Below are positions 31,483 through 45,219 of a DNA stretch of 64,000 bases, piece by piece. Within the stretch, counting starts at the first letter, position 1. The number at the start of each line of letters is the position of its first letter. The translations under genes were made by a program, and so were the position numbers. The notes beneath the pieces are model-generated. The model saw only the letters and a program-made list of their open reading frames with translations. It was not told the DNA's origin and ran no database searches. The stretch spans positions 203,050,001 through 203,114,000 of the forward strand of contig OX597815.1 in the NCBI GenBank assembly GCA_951406725.2, in the 5' to 3' direction. This DNA comes from Octopus vulgaris. Lineage: Eukaryota.

Positions 31483-31874
31483 CTAGCAGTATCGCCCGGC
31501 GTTGCTCGGGTTTTTAAGGGAAATAACAATATAAGCATTTTTAGAGATGTAAAGTATAATAGCCATCTCAATATGGCTAACCACAAAGCGGGGTGTTACT
31601 GTAGCTTTTTACGTTCTGAGATTTAATAATACATTTTAGAGAGTTACTTCCCTTATATAATAGCAAAAAAATGCATTAAAAATGGGAAAAAATGAGGGTA
31701 ATTTTTTTTTAATCGTAGACTCATCGTAGACGCGCGCTAATACCCAGAAGGGCTCGATATGAATCACGATTATAAGATACCCGCTTTTGGTTACACTGCA
31801 CCGCAAAATGTGGGAGTAGTTAGGAATCTAAATCGTAGGAGACAGACACACAACTTGACTTTTATATATAAAGA
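31483..31874 (-). mobile_element. Non-autonomous Helitron
   Basis: Minus strand A|TC...CCCGAGCAACGCCGGG hairpin...CTAG|T; no TSD. Confidence 0.88.
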
Positions 31875-32419
31875 TATGAGTTTATGTGTAACTGTATTGG
31901 AAAGATTATACATATATTGATGAATGTTCGTAATCGGGCTCATCACCGTATGCTTTGTGCTGGTAGTTGCGTGTTTGTACAGATTTATCATGAGTTTCGT
32001 GGGGGTAGGCTGAAGTACTCCAAAAGCATACTTTTTTATTAGATTTCTTTTGTTTTTATTAGTGTTACATTATTATATGTGCACGTCTCTGCTTGTATAT
32101 ACTTCGCCATGTCACTGCGTGTATTTGAGTGAACGGATCATTGTTTTTTGCATGAATATCGGTCTCTATATATGCGAGTATTTGTCTACATCTGTCGTAA
32201 AGTGTGTAATTATTCATGAACATGCTATTTTTTTTTTCTACATCTTATTTGCTTTGTATGTGTTTGTACATATATAAGTGTAAGAGATACTGTAAGCCCG
32301 TATAGGTATGCATGATGGAACGTAACCCTGCGTATTTACGTCTCTGCTGCCTTCTGTGTAATCGTCTGCTTGTGAATTTAAGGCTCTGTGTATATGTATA
32401 TGTATATATATATGTATAT

Positions 32420-32520
32420 AAGTATGTGAAGCTGTGTACGTATATCTACACACACAGACACACACACACACACACAGACATACACACGCAGACACACACA
32501 CACACACAGACACACACGCG

Positions 32521-32606
<86 letters not shown>

Positions 32607-32840
32607 ATTTCATATGTCTACACTTCCAGGAATTTAGTTGTGAAATGCCACACACGAAAAATTAATAAACACAAGACATTCATACACACACACACATATA
32701 TCACACACACACACATATATATACATTATACACATACGCACACATATATATATTATACACACATACACACATGTATATACTATACACGCATACACACACA
32801 CACACACACACGTACACTCACACACTTTACACACTCATGA
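32420..32840. repeat. (CA)n/(TA)n compound microsatellite
   Basis: Directly visible. Confidence 0.95.
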
Positions 32841-33359
32841 ATGCATAGGCAGCCTTTGTCTCAGTATATTTGTCAAGGTTAAGTTTGGCTATCTGTGTCA
32901 AGTGAATGCATTTCGTTTGGATGTATATAATGGCATGATATAAATTCTATTTATTCTTGTTTACAACGCAATTATGCATCGTACATTGCGTATTTAACAT
33001 GTGTGGTTTGACAAGTAATTTTTTAAGTGTTTTGCTAAGCAACAACTTACAATCATTCATACGTAAATGCATACATATGTGTACGTATATAGATAAGTAT
33101 ATGCAGGGCGGTTTCGTATGTATGTGAGTGCGTGTATGTGTGTGTGTTTATATATTTAGCCACACACACATACACACTTCAAGTAGCTATGTTAGCTGTG
33201 CCTACTTATGCCAGAAACTTAACGTCCGTTGACAAGAGTATTTCGTCTGTTGTAAGTGTATATATCCATGAATGAGACATAATTTTGCATCTGCATGGTA
33301 TATGTATATGTGTAATGCAGAGTAAATATTTGGAGAAACATAGCATTAATAAATGCTCA

Positions 33360-33800
<441 letters not shown>

Positions 33801-33805
33801 CATGC

Positions 33806-34180
33806 ACGCAGGTGTGGCTGTGTGGTAAAACGCTTGCTTCCCAATAACTTAGTTCCGGGTTCAGTCCCACTGCGTGACAACTTGGGCTAATGTCTTCTAC
33901 TATAACCTCGAGCCGACTAAAAACCTCTGTGTGGATTTGGCAGAAGGAAACTAAAGGAAGCCCATCATATATATGTGCGTATGTGTGTGTGTATCTGCCT
34001 GTCTGTCTTTGTGTCTGTTTATGACTCCGTAATCTAGCAGTTCGGCAAAAATAGGCGATAGAATAAGAACTAGGGTTACAAACAATATGTCCTGGAGTCG
34101 ATTTCTTCGACTAAATCATTTTAGGGCGGTACTTCAACTTGGGCGCAGCCAAATGACAGAAATGTGTAAATGAATAAGTG
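33806..34180 (+). mobile_element. SINE family A, diverged copy
   Basis: gtggctgtgtggtaa...gttccgggttcagtcccactgcgtg...gtggatttgg...gatagaataag. Confidence 0.85.
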
Positions 34181-34206
34181 AATATACATACACACACACA
34201 CATATA

Positions 34207-34276
<70 letters not shown>

Positions 34277-34910
34277 GGCGGCCTTGGCTCGTAAACGACA
34301 CACGTTTACGACTAGAGACTGTCGAGAAAGCGATTTCGACCTGGACTTTGCTGCAGTCGCTTTAAATGGACGCTGATGGCTCTTTGTCATATCCAATAAT
34401 ATGAACGCACATATCAGAGATACATATGACCATGTACATGTACATACATATACACACAAACACGGATTCACATATGTAAACATACGCATAAATACATGCA
34501 TATTTGTGTGTGTTTCATGCGTGAGTGTGAGAGAGTTTATGTGTATATAAATATGTATATATATATTTACATATACATACACACGTATGAGTTATATGTA
34601 TATACGAATATACATACACTGTGATAGTGAAGATAAACACATGCAGCGTTTTGTGCCTGTGTGTATGTATGTGTACGTGCATGTGTGTGTGTGTGTACAC
34701 ACACAAACATTCATTTCTGTATTCTTATACGCATACAAAAGTTAATACAAGTATATATATATATTGTAGATTGTTGCATCTACAATAGCTTTATCTACGT
34801 ATATGTGTGTGCGTGTGGGTATATGTGTATACGTGTGTGTTTGTTTTCTACGTATGTGTATGCGTTTGTTTGAATGTATGACACTGTGTGTACGTGTAAA
34901 CTCGTAAGTG

Positions 34911-35018
<108 letters not shown>

Positions 35019-35501
35019 AGTGTGTGCAATATGCTGAGAATTACTCTGTTTATATTCGGATTTTACGCTTCTCTCCTTTTCCTGCTTGGCTCCTTTAAGA
35101 ATGTAATAGAACAGTAAAACTTGTACTTATTTGAGCTGATGGCAAAATCGATAGGAACATCAGAGAAAATAGTTTCCTGTGTTAAGTTACGTCACTTCAC
35201 ATTCTGAGTTCAATCCTGGACAATCTTTGCTCTCAGAAAACAAGTACCATTCTATATAACAAGTATTAAGCTCGATGAATTCGACTATACAAGGCGATAT
35301 TCGAGCATTGCCATAGTCCAATAATCCAGATCGTATTTCAATTTTACTTGTGCGGCTACGCTGGGGCCATCGGCTTGAAGGCTATAGACAAACTAACGGC
35401 AGTATTTATTCTTAAGTACAGACGCACACGTGTTTGCGCTTATGCTGTAAGTAACTGTTAAGTAAAATTATGGATGTGAAAAATCCCCGTTCTCCTTATC
35501 A

Positions 35502-35893
35502 TCTTTATATATAAAAGTGAAGTTGTGTGTCTGTCTCCTACGATTTAGATTCCTAACTACTCCCACATTTTGCGGTGCAGTGTAACCAAAAGTGGGTATC
35601 TTATAGTCGTGATTCATATCGAGCCCTTCTGGGTATTAGTGCGCATCTATGATGAGTCTACGATTTAAAAAAAAATTACCATCATTTTTTCCCATTTTTA
35701 ATGCATTTTTTGCTATTATATAAGGGAAGTAACTCACTAAAAATGTATTATTAAATCTCAGAAGGTAAAAAGCTACAGTAACACCCCCTTGTGGTTAGCC
35801 ATATTGAGATGGCTATTATACTTTACATCTCTAAAAATGCTTATATACTTATTTCCCTTACAAACCCGAGCAACGCCGGGCGATACTCGTTAG
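35502..35893 (+). mobile_element. Non-autonomous Helitron (same family as 31483)
   Basis: A|TCTTTATATATAAAAG...CCCGAGCAACGCCGGG...TTAG|T; reverse complement of 31483-31874. Confidence 0.88.
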
Positions 35894-35910
35894 TTATTAA
35901 TAATATATAA

Positions 35911-36065
35911 AGGCAGTGAGCTGATACCATCGTTAGCACGCAGAGCGAAATGCTTAGGCAGTATTTCGTCTGCCGCTACGTTCTGAGTTCAAATTCCGCC
36001 GAGGTCGATCTAATCGACTGGCCCCCTCCCTAAAAATTTCAGACCTTGTGCCTACAGAAGAAATG

Positions 36066-36068
<3 letters not shown>
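35911..36068 (+). mobile_element. SINE family M with internal deletion
   Basis: Central domain deleted between two GTCGA motifs relative to the 8530 copy. Confidence 0.78.
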
Positions 36069-36119
<51 letters not shown>

Positions 36120-36146
36120 AATTTTTCGTATAATAAGAGAAAAAAC

Positions 36147-36373
36147 AGAAGTTGTATAGATATTAGAGCATAGAAGATCTAACAGTTGTTTCTAAAATAT
36201 TAATTAATAGTAGGCCTTCATCGGAGACGGTGTGAGAGGAAAGTTAAGTCATAGTAAGTTTGGATGACTTAACTTTCCTCTCTAACTACCTCCGATGAAG
36301 GGATACTATTAATTAATATCCTAGAAAACTTTAAGATCTATCTATAAATGCTCTAATATCTATGCAGCCTTCT
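36147..36373. repeat. Imperfect inverted repeat with minimal hammerhead-like core in each arm
   Basis: Spacer 36253-36263. Right arm CCGATGA-AGGGATA...TATCCTA-GAAA; left arm (minus) TCT-CCGATGA-...-GAAACAACTGT-T-AGA. Confidence 0.8.
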
Positions 36374-36415
36374 ATATTGAGAATCACTGGATCGCATTTG
36401 TTGATTCTCTCTCTG

Positions 36416-36449
<34 letters not shown>

Positions 36450-36559
36450 AACATACATATATATATATATATATACATACATACATACATATATATGTAT
36501 GTATGTGTATGTATTATGTATACACTGAGAGAGAATGAGAGAGAGAGAAAAAAAGAATA

Positions 36560-36616
<57 letters not shown>

Positions 36617-36984
36617 GTGTGCGCGGGAGAGAGGGAGGAGGGGAAGAGAGAGGGAGAATGCAAAGATGATGGTTATAAATACCAACAATATGGCTGACGG
36701 GAAACACATCAGGTTATTGTTTGCGTATAAATATATTCTTGCATTTGTAATGAAATAAACTATAATGCTACAACTAACTGATATTATCCGTACAATTAAG
36801 TGAGAAATTTCCAAACAGCATTTTCTGAGTTTTTCCGAAATCGTTATATGATGTCATTTGAGTTATTTCCTTACTTATTAGTTATTGGTAATTATTGCTT
36901 GTAAGCATTTAAAAGAGAATGGTTCTTTCAAACTTCGAAGTTCAAGGGTTTGTAAGGGACCTAATGGGTTTTTATTGCTTATCC

Positions 36985-37190
36985 TTTACTTGTTTCAGTT
37001 ATTGGACAGCGGTCATACTGGGGCATCCACCGCCTTGAAATGTTTAATTTCAATGAATTGACTTAAGTATATATATTTACAAACCCGATTGTTATTCTGT
37101 CGGTTACTTATGACGAACCGCTAAGTTACGGGTACGGGACGTAAACAAAAATATCTACGATTGTCAAGAGTGGGGAGACATAAACACAAA
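36985..37190 (-). mobile_element. SINE family A, diverged 3' half
   Basis: tttacttgtttcagt...ccaccgcctt...gaaccgctaagttacggg. Confidence 0.75.
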
Positions 37191-37236
37191 CACACACTTA
37201 CACATACATATGTAAATATATATACGTATACATGTA

Positions 37237-37289
<53 letters not shown>

Positions 37290-37679
37290 GTCTGTCTATT
37301 TATCTATCTATCTTGGGGATTAAAACTCTACTTTAGCTTTATTTGTCATAATTTTTATTCCTTTGTCAAAGCTCTTTTGTCTCGTACCATTTGACCTCTT
37401 CAATGACTCTAGCCCATATGTATCCCCTTGACCTCTTCAACGACTCTATTCCAAGTGTCACCTCTTGTTTTGTTCAGTCCAAATGGATTAAAGAAATCAA
37501 GAGGATACACGTGGGATAAAAAACTGTTGAAGAGGTCAAAAGATGTGTGACGGAAGAGAATTTCACATAGAAATAAAAACATATAATGCGTGGATTTAAT
37601 TGTCATAATATGACTGTCTTCAAGTATAACAATATCTATTTCAACGTATGATTTCGCAACATGAACTTTGCAAAACAAA

Positions 37680-38284
<605 letters not shown>

Positions 38285-38393
38285 CAACAATTGAGGGTAA
38301 AATTAATTAATTAATCAATTTTACCAAGTATTCAGTATACAAAGGGACCATTTAAGGCGAATTCAAACTATTACATTATATAAAAGGGCTTAG

Positions 38394-38586
38394 TAAAATA
38401 AATTACTTTGCCGCATACTGAACTCATTAGAAATAGCAGCTAAAAAAAACTTTTTTAAAAACTATTTCCAATACTTAAAGAAAACCTCTCATATAGTGGA
38501 GGTTTTCTTTAAGTATTGGAAATAGTTTTAAAAAAGTTTTTTTAGCTGCTATTTCTAATGAGTTTAGTATGCGGCAAAGTAATTTA

Positions 38587-38591
<5 letters not shown>
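38394..38591. repeat. ~95-bp-arm inverted repeat, ~10-nt spacer
   Basis: taaaataaattactttgccgcatac...aaacctc-tcatatagtg-gaggtttt...gtatgcggcaaagtaatttatttta. Confidence 0.92.
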
Positions 38592-38647
<56 letters not shown>

Positions 38648-38684
38648 CGAGAGAGTGAGAGAGAGAGAAAGAGAGAGAGGAGGT

Positions 38685-38997
38685 AGGTGCGTGCCTTAGT
38701 GCTTAGTGTATTCGGCTCATGATCGTGAAGTCGCGATTTCGATTCCCGGCGGCGCGTTGTGTCCTTGAGCAAGACACTTTATTTCACGTTGCTCCAGTTC
38801 ACTCAGCTGGCAAAACTGAGTTGTATTTCAAAGGGCCAGCCTTGTCATACTCTGTGTCACGCTGAATCTCCCTGACAACTGCATTAAAGGTACACGTGTC
38901 TATGGAGTGCTCACCCACTTGCATGCTGAATTCACGGGCAGGCAGTTCCGTTGATCCGATTATCTGAAATTCTCGTCATCGTAAGCGATGGAGTGCT
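38685..38997 (+). mobile_element. SINE family C (CORE-like body, tail shared with family B)
   Basis: B-box TTTCGATTCC, GTGTCCTTGAGCAAGACACTT. From 38822 aligns to 26110-26287. Confidence 0.82.
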
Positions 38998-39002
38998 GTC
39001 TA

Positions 39003-39054
<52 letters not shown>

Positions 39055-39059
<5 letters not shown>

Positions 39060-39127
39060 CCAAGAAAAAGCAAAATGGATCAGTACTAAACTACTGATCC
39101 ATTCTTTTTGCTTTTTTCTTGGTTATA
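39055..39127. repeat. Short hairpin next to (TA)n
   Basis: ataaccaagaaaaagcaaaatggatcagta-ctaaac-tactgatccatt..tttgcttttttcttggttat. Confidence 0.85.
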
Positions 39128-40114
39128 ATCACCCCACATAATTTTATGTTTAATATATAAAGAATTCTGATGCATCTAAGTTAAATACCATATTCATTTG
39201 AATCTTAATTGTTTTGCTGAAATTATATATATATATATATATACACACATAAAAATATTATCTACTGCACATACGCAATGTATATGCTTTGCTTGTGCGC
39301 CAGTTTGCTACTACTGGGCTATAGGGACGAGTCCCTCTTAGAACTGAGCATTAGAAATACTTAAGAGTCAGGGAGAGAGAGAAGTGGGGAGAGGAACAAA
39401 TTAGAAAATAAAGTGTAGGGGTGAGAGAGTAGGAGATAGAGTGAAGATAGAGAAGAAAGAATAAAGTAGGAATGTGTTGTGTGATTGTAGTCTTATTTTT
39501 TGAGGGCTTTGCGAAGGAAGGGGAAAAAAAGAAGAAAAAAGTTTGAGAGAGGGGGGACTAAAGGAGGCGTGGCTTTTGTTTCAGTGTGATCAGACTTGTC
39601 TGATTAGCATTCAATATGTTGTTTTGTTCCATTTAGTGACCTTTTGGGTTGAGAGAAAAGGAATTTTTTTATTCAAGTGGTCAACATTTTTAATGTTGTT
39701 TTTGATTTTCTCCAGTAAGAACTTCAAGGTCTTGTTTTTCAATTCTTTTGTATTCATTAATGTAAGGGCGAGACAGTGGTTGTATGGATGTGGTCATTTT
39801 TTTTTTTAATTAAAATTCCAAGTGTTGCTTTTGATTTAGCCGTGTATGGCTACTTTTGAAAGAGTGATCTTTTAAGTATGTATAGTTATGATTTTTAAAT
39901 GCAATCTGAAAAAACGTTTAAGTGTGGGAAAGTCTTTCTCAATTATAAACATTTTTTTTAATCATAATTATGATCTCTGAGTCTAATAAGGGGGAGGGAG
40001 GAAAATCTAAATGTCAATGAAAATGTGCCTTTCTTAAGTGAATATATTCATAATTATAAATACAATCTAAATCAAAGGATCAGAATCTACAAATCATAAG
40101 GAATCATAAATATA

Positions 40115-40548
40115 GGCGCAGGAGTGGCTGTGTGGTAAGTAGCTTGCTAACCAACCACATGGTTCCGGGTTCAGTCTCACTGCGTAGCATCTTGGGCAAG
40201 TGTCTTCTGCTATAGCCCCGGGCCGACCAATGCCTTGTGAGTGGATTTGGTAGACGGAAACTGAAAGAAGCCTGTCGTGTATATATATATATATATATAT
40301 ACATATATATGTATGTATGTGTGTGCGTGTATGTTTGTGTGTCTGTGTTTGTCCCCCTATAATTGACAACCGATGCTGGTGTGTTTACGTCCCCGTCACT
40401 TAGCGGTTCGGCAAAAGAGACCGATAGAATAAGTACTGGGCTTACAAAGAATAAGTCCCGGGGGTCGATTTGCTCGACTAAAGGCGGTGCTCCAGCATGG
40501 CCGCAGTCAAATGACTGAAACAAGTAAAAGAGAAAAGAGTAAAAGAGT
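40115..40548 (+). mobile_element. SINE family A, full length
   Basis: Near-identical to 13327-13790. Confidence 0.93.
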
Positions 40549-40599
40549 ATAATTTAAATAGGTGGGGGGGAGGAAACCGGATTCTCCATGGAAATATAC

Positions 40600-41020
40600 C
40601 ATCTCCCAGTGATGATTCGCATTACTTCTTCGCTTCTTCGCAATAATATTTTCCGGGAATGTTGGTTGGGTAGAGTATCTTGGTCTGGTGTTATTGAAAC
40701 CTCGATTTATTCCATCTGATTTGGTGGAGCAACCCCGTATATTGATATAGGTGGCTTTTATCTATAAAGTTTCTCATTTGGGGGCTCTGTAAGAGTATTT
40801 GTAGGTTTGATTGTATAACATCGAAAATGTTGGCTATTCCAGGGTCGTATAAATGGAATAGTATGTTCCTTACTTTTTTTTCTTTTGAAGCCCTTAACTG
40901 TGTGATGCCTGATTTCCTCGTTTTCGAGATTCCATTATTTATTAGTATCACGGGGTAATTTTGGTCTTGTAGGAAGTTTTTGAGTTCATCAAGTCTAATT
41001 TGGCGTATTTGTAATTGACC
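40600..41020 (-). mobile_element. Penelope-like element fragment (post-RT region)
   Basis: IRLDELKNFLQDQNYPVILINNGI...IQSNLQILLQSPQM parallels LRLQDL/..YP..IDEGI..QNLPLLTRDPKM of 47180-48986. Confidence 0.7.
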
Positions 41021-42034
41021 CACAAATCAATTAGATTTGATGTATATGTAATTGAAACACAAGCAATTGGTAGGCAGGCTAGATAAAATTTCGTTAATGG
41101 CATGAAAGAAGCTTTAGTTTAAAATAGCGTTGTGTATATCATACGTAGCGCAGATATACTGTGGAAAGCCTGAAAAATGCAATATTTGTCTCGAGAAAAG
41201 TGTCTCATATAGCTGTATAAAATGGGACAATTGTACAGAATTAGATCAGTCAGAGAAGAAAAATGTCTATACCATTCCTCTATCCGCAACAAACTCTGCT
41301 GGTAGCCTGATGTACGTGGCTGCTGAGAGGACTTCCATATTCATTTGTGCTCTTCCGTTTTCCGTTAATCCTTTCCATATTCAAATTTAATTTTTCATCA
41401 TATACATTTGCACACTCCACACACACACACACATGCATACATAAATACTTACGTACAGACAGACACTGAGCGATAGAACTCTGTATATATGGATTTATAA
41501 GTCGATATATATATAATTTTTCTTATTTTTTCTCGCTCCCCCTCTCTCATATTTCTTGGCCCTCTCTTTCTTTAACTTCCACTATTTCCCACTCGTTTAT
41601 CTCGCCTGTAACTTTTTCTTTGTCTCAGATTCTTTTTCTAATTCTTTTCTAATTCTAATTCTTTAGTCCCGCTGTCCCCTACCTAATTCTCCTCCTTCCA
41701 CGTGACCGGTGTCCGGCCAGCCATGAACTTCCTTTCTTAGACTAACTGCCGACCGCCAACACCTCTTGTTTCCGTCTCCTATGTTCAGTTCATATACGCC
41801 GACTCAATTTGCATCGTTCTCAGTCGAAAGACGCCTGTTGTTATTTCTTGTTGTTTGTATTCGTAATTGCGTACCATGTTCTCCGTTTTCGGCTTTTTTT
41901 TTGTTGTTATATTTGTTTGTTTTTTTTTGTCTTTATTACCGTACACATTCGGTAGCTTTCTTACAAAGGGGTTTAATGCGATTAGCTTAGACTTTTTTGG
42001 AGGCAACCAAATCGAACCATCTCAAGTGTAACTA

Positions 42035-42190
42035 CTCGAAATGGTCGTAACTTCTGGTACGTGACTGAAGAAAGGAGGCCACGAATGACCCATTTTTTTT
42101 GCCTATCCTTCTAATTGTTTCTATTGTCTGCTTTTGTATCGTCTATCTGTCCGAACGTTTTAATGTCCTCTATTGCGTTTTGTTCAATAT
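42035..42190 (+). repeat. Repeat module P, diverged, adjoining (TA)n
   Basis: cgaaat...gactgaaga...cgaatgaccc...tgtatcgtcta. Confidence 0.55.
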
Positions 42191-42202
42191 ACATACATAT
42201 AT

Positions 42203-42258
<56 letters not shown>

Positions 42259-43076
42259 AGTAGATAGATAGATAGAATGACAAAGAGACACACAGATACA
42301 AAGTGTGCATACACATGCACCACATCTTGTAAATAGTACAATAAAAGCATTTAATAATAATGAAAACGGAGGCTTTGTAACTATCTATTTAAAAAAAAAA
42401 AAGTAAATTAAAGTAATGTCACCAATTGCATGAATGTACCTAAATAGATTAGAAAATGATGTACAGTGTGCCATATATAAAAATAGAATAATTTATTGGA
42501 ATTTCCTTATCAGTTTGAGAAAACAAACAAAAGCTAGCGGCAATTGGTTGTTGCTAACAATTGTCATCACTTGTGTTATTTCATTATTTTTCATCAACCT
42601 AAGGGAAATTTCAATTACTTAAGAATTTTCTTTTTGTCTATACAGTATTCTGTACCTCATTCTTTAAGTTATGAATTAAAATTCATGCCGTTGGCCTATT
42701 TGATTTTAGTTTCCTGACATGATTTATATTTTATATTTTAAAAGCAGCTATATATGCATTGGGTACTTTGATCGTTTTATATATATATTATGTATTCGTG
42801 TTAATATCTATGTTTGTTTGATATATACATGTATATATGAAACATGTATACATGTATATATCAATAGATATGTGTGTATGTGTGCATGAGCGCGCGTGTT
42901 TGTAGGTAAGTATATATAAAACCATAAAGTCAAGAGGTATGAGAGGTGAATATTGATTTAATCACGTGACTTCCATAGGGTTACGGCCGTTTCGTAACTT
43001 TCTACGTGTGGTTTTAATCTTAGTATGGGTAGCCTAGTCCTCATCTTACACTACTCATATATACATAAATACATAT

Positions 43077-43202
43077 AAATGATATGGGTGGCTAATTCGC
43101 AATTCTACAACCTAAAAGCAGTAATTGAAATAGTGCTTCAGTGACGTATATATTTCTCCGTCTTTAGGTTGTAAAATTGCGACTTAGCCAACCATATTAT
43201 TT
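43077..43202. repeat. ~40-bp-arm inverted repeat
   Basis: aaatgatatgggtggctaattcgcaattctacaacctaaa versus its reverse complement at 43163-43202, 4 mismatches. Confidence 0.85.
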
Positions 43203-43780
43203 AGAATTTTCCCTTTTACCGTTTATGAAATCAGCGTGTGATTTCAACGGAAATCTTATTAACTGACAAGGCGAGCTGAGTTTAACCCTAGGCGCAGTGT
43301 GAGCCACAGGTGAGCATTAAGATGCGTTAAGCATCAAAATGCGAAATCATCAACGATCAGGCTATACATGCGACCGTAGAGAGCTTGTGTCCCTTGCCAG
43401 TCTTTAAGATATTGCTTCTGTGGCTACTGAGTTGCCTTGACTCTTATTTCTAGCAATACTGGTGCTAATCTGTGGCCTTTGTCACTTTAGTATGTATATA
43501 TATATATATAAGATATACATTATAGCATTATATATATGAAAAATTAATAGAAATTATTTTTCTATGAGCAGCGTTTCATTAAAACTGTTTTTACTGTTTA
43601 TTAAAAATATTGTTTCCTCCTTCTATCTGTGTTTTCCCTTATATTTTGTTCTCAGTTACCTGGGAGTGCATACGTCTGATATTGTGCATGTGTGTGTAAG
43701 TGTATATAAACATATATAGACACACACTCACATATATATATATATATATATAAAATATATACAAAAATACAAAAATACAA

Positions 43781-43892
43781 AATGGGACAAGAACGCAAAA
43801 CATTCAAATAGACGACACAAAAAACAGACGGGTCATTCGAAGCCTCTAATCTTCAGTCAAGAACCGAATCATCCTCGCAATTTCGGCTGATT
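43781..43892 (-). repeat. Repeat module P between (TA)n tracts
   Basis: Reverse complement aligns to 9933-10022. Confidence 0.75.
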
Positions 43893-43942
43893 ATGTATAT
43901 ATATATATATATGTATATATGGGAGTATGTGTATATGCAAAT

Positions 43943-44035
<93 letters not shown>

Positions 44036-44469
44036 ATTATAATAAAGGGTTATTTGCAACAAGTTGCTTAAACCACATACCGAAAATATTAGAAATAGCA
44101 GCCAAATAGGTTACCATTACTATTACTACAAAAATAAATTTCCACAAACAACGGTATTTATAACCCGAATATGGTATATACATATATATACATACATATA
44201 CATATGTGAACGACAAGCATTTGGTCTGCCGGAGTTATAATAGAAGACACTTGGACAAGGTATCTCGCTGTGAGCCCGATCTCGACACCATGCTGTAGGG
44301 AAACAAACTTCTTCCAACTGATTGCATGCATATGTATAGTATACACATATACAGGTATATTTAGTTGAGTACTCTCTTTCTCCCACTCGCGTGTCCGTGT
44401 GTTGGTAAGTGTGCATGTGTGTATATGAGTGCATATGTATGTTTTGAAATATGAGTGGGTTTTTGTGTG

Positions 44470-44517
<48 letters not shown>

Positions 44518-45048
44518 TATATGTGTGTGCATCAGCGCGTGCGATATTCGAGGTAAAGATCGTGCGGGCGGAGAAACGTAGAAACGGGGATGTACCTGCG
44601 AATAAATATAAACACAGGATGATACAATTTGTAATGCTTTGCCAGTCTGCAATGTTACCAGAGAGGGTGATGTACGTGAGGGTTGAGTTAAAATGTGTGC
44701 AGAATGCGAATGAAAGAGAGGATTAGACGGACACATGATTAATGTACAAGTTGAGTTTGTGTACATGTTATTCACTACAGTGAGTGCTGGTGAGCTTTCA
44801 TAATCTCAAAAAGCAGCAAGCGGTTTAGGTGCATTTATATAACATCAGTAACTGTATGTATGCGTGTATGGATGCAAGTGAATGAATGGTTTTAAGAATC
44901 TATACAAGTATATATTACGTGCGTACGTTTATGTGTATATATATGTATGAGTATATCCACACACACATATGCTCACATGTATATATGTGTGCGTGCGGAT
45001 GCGTGCGTGGTTGTGCCTCTGCGCGCGTGGTTGTGCCTCTGCGCGCGC

Positions 45049-45080
<32 letters not shown>

Positions 45081-45219
45081 TTGTGTGTATTATGTAAGTA
45101 GAGTATGTATGTGTCCATGTGCGTATGTATATATGCATGCATGATAGAATTTAAGCATCTAGCCAAGCCCTTAGACGCATTTTATATACTTATTTACATA
45201 TCTTTTGCATCGAGTCGGT

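Noticed and set aside
41130-41390. Cys-rich 86-aa ORF resembling a RING/zinc finger
   Set aside because: Non-ATG start, Cys spacing fits no finger, and it lies next to Penelope debris.
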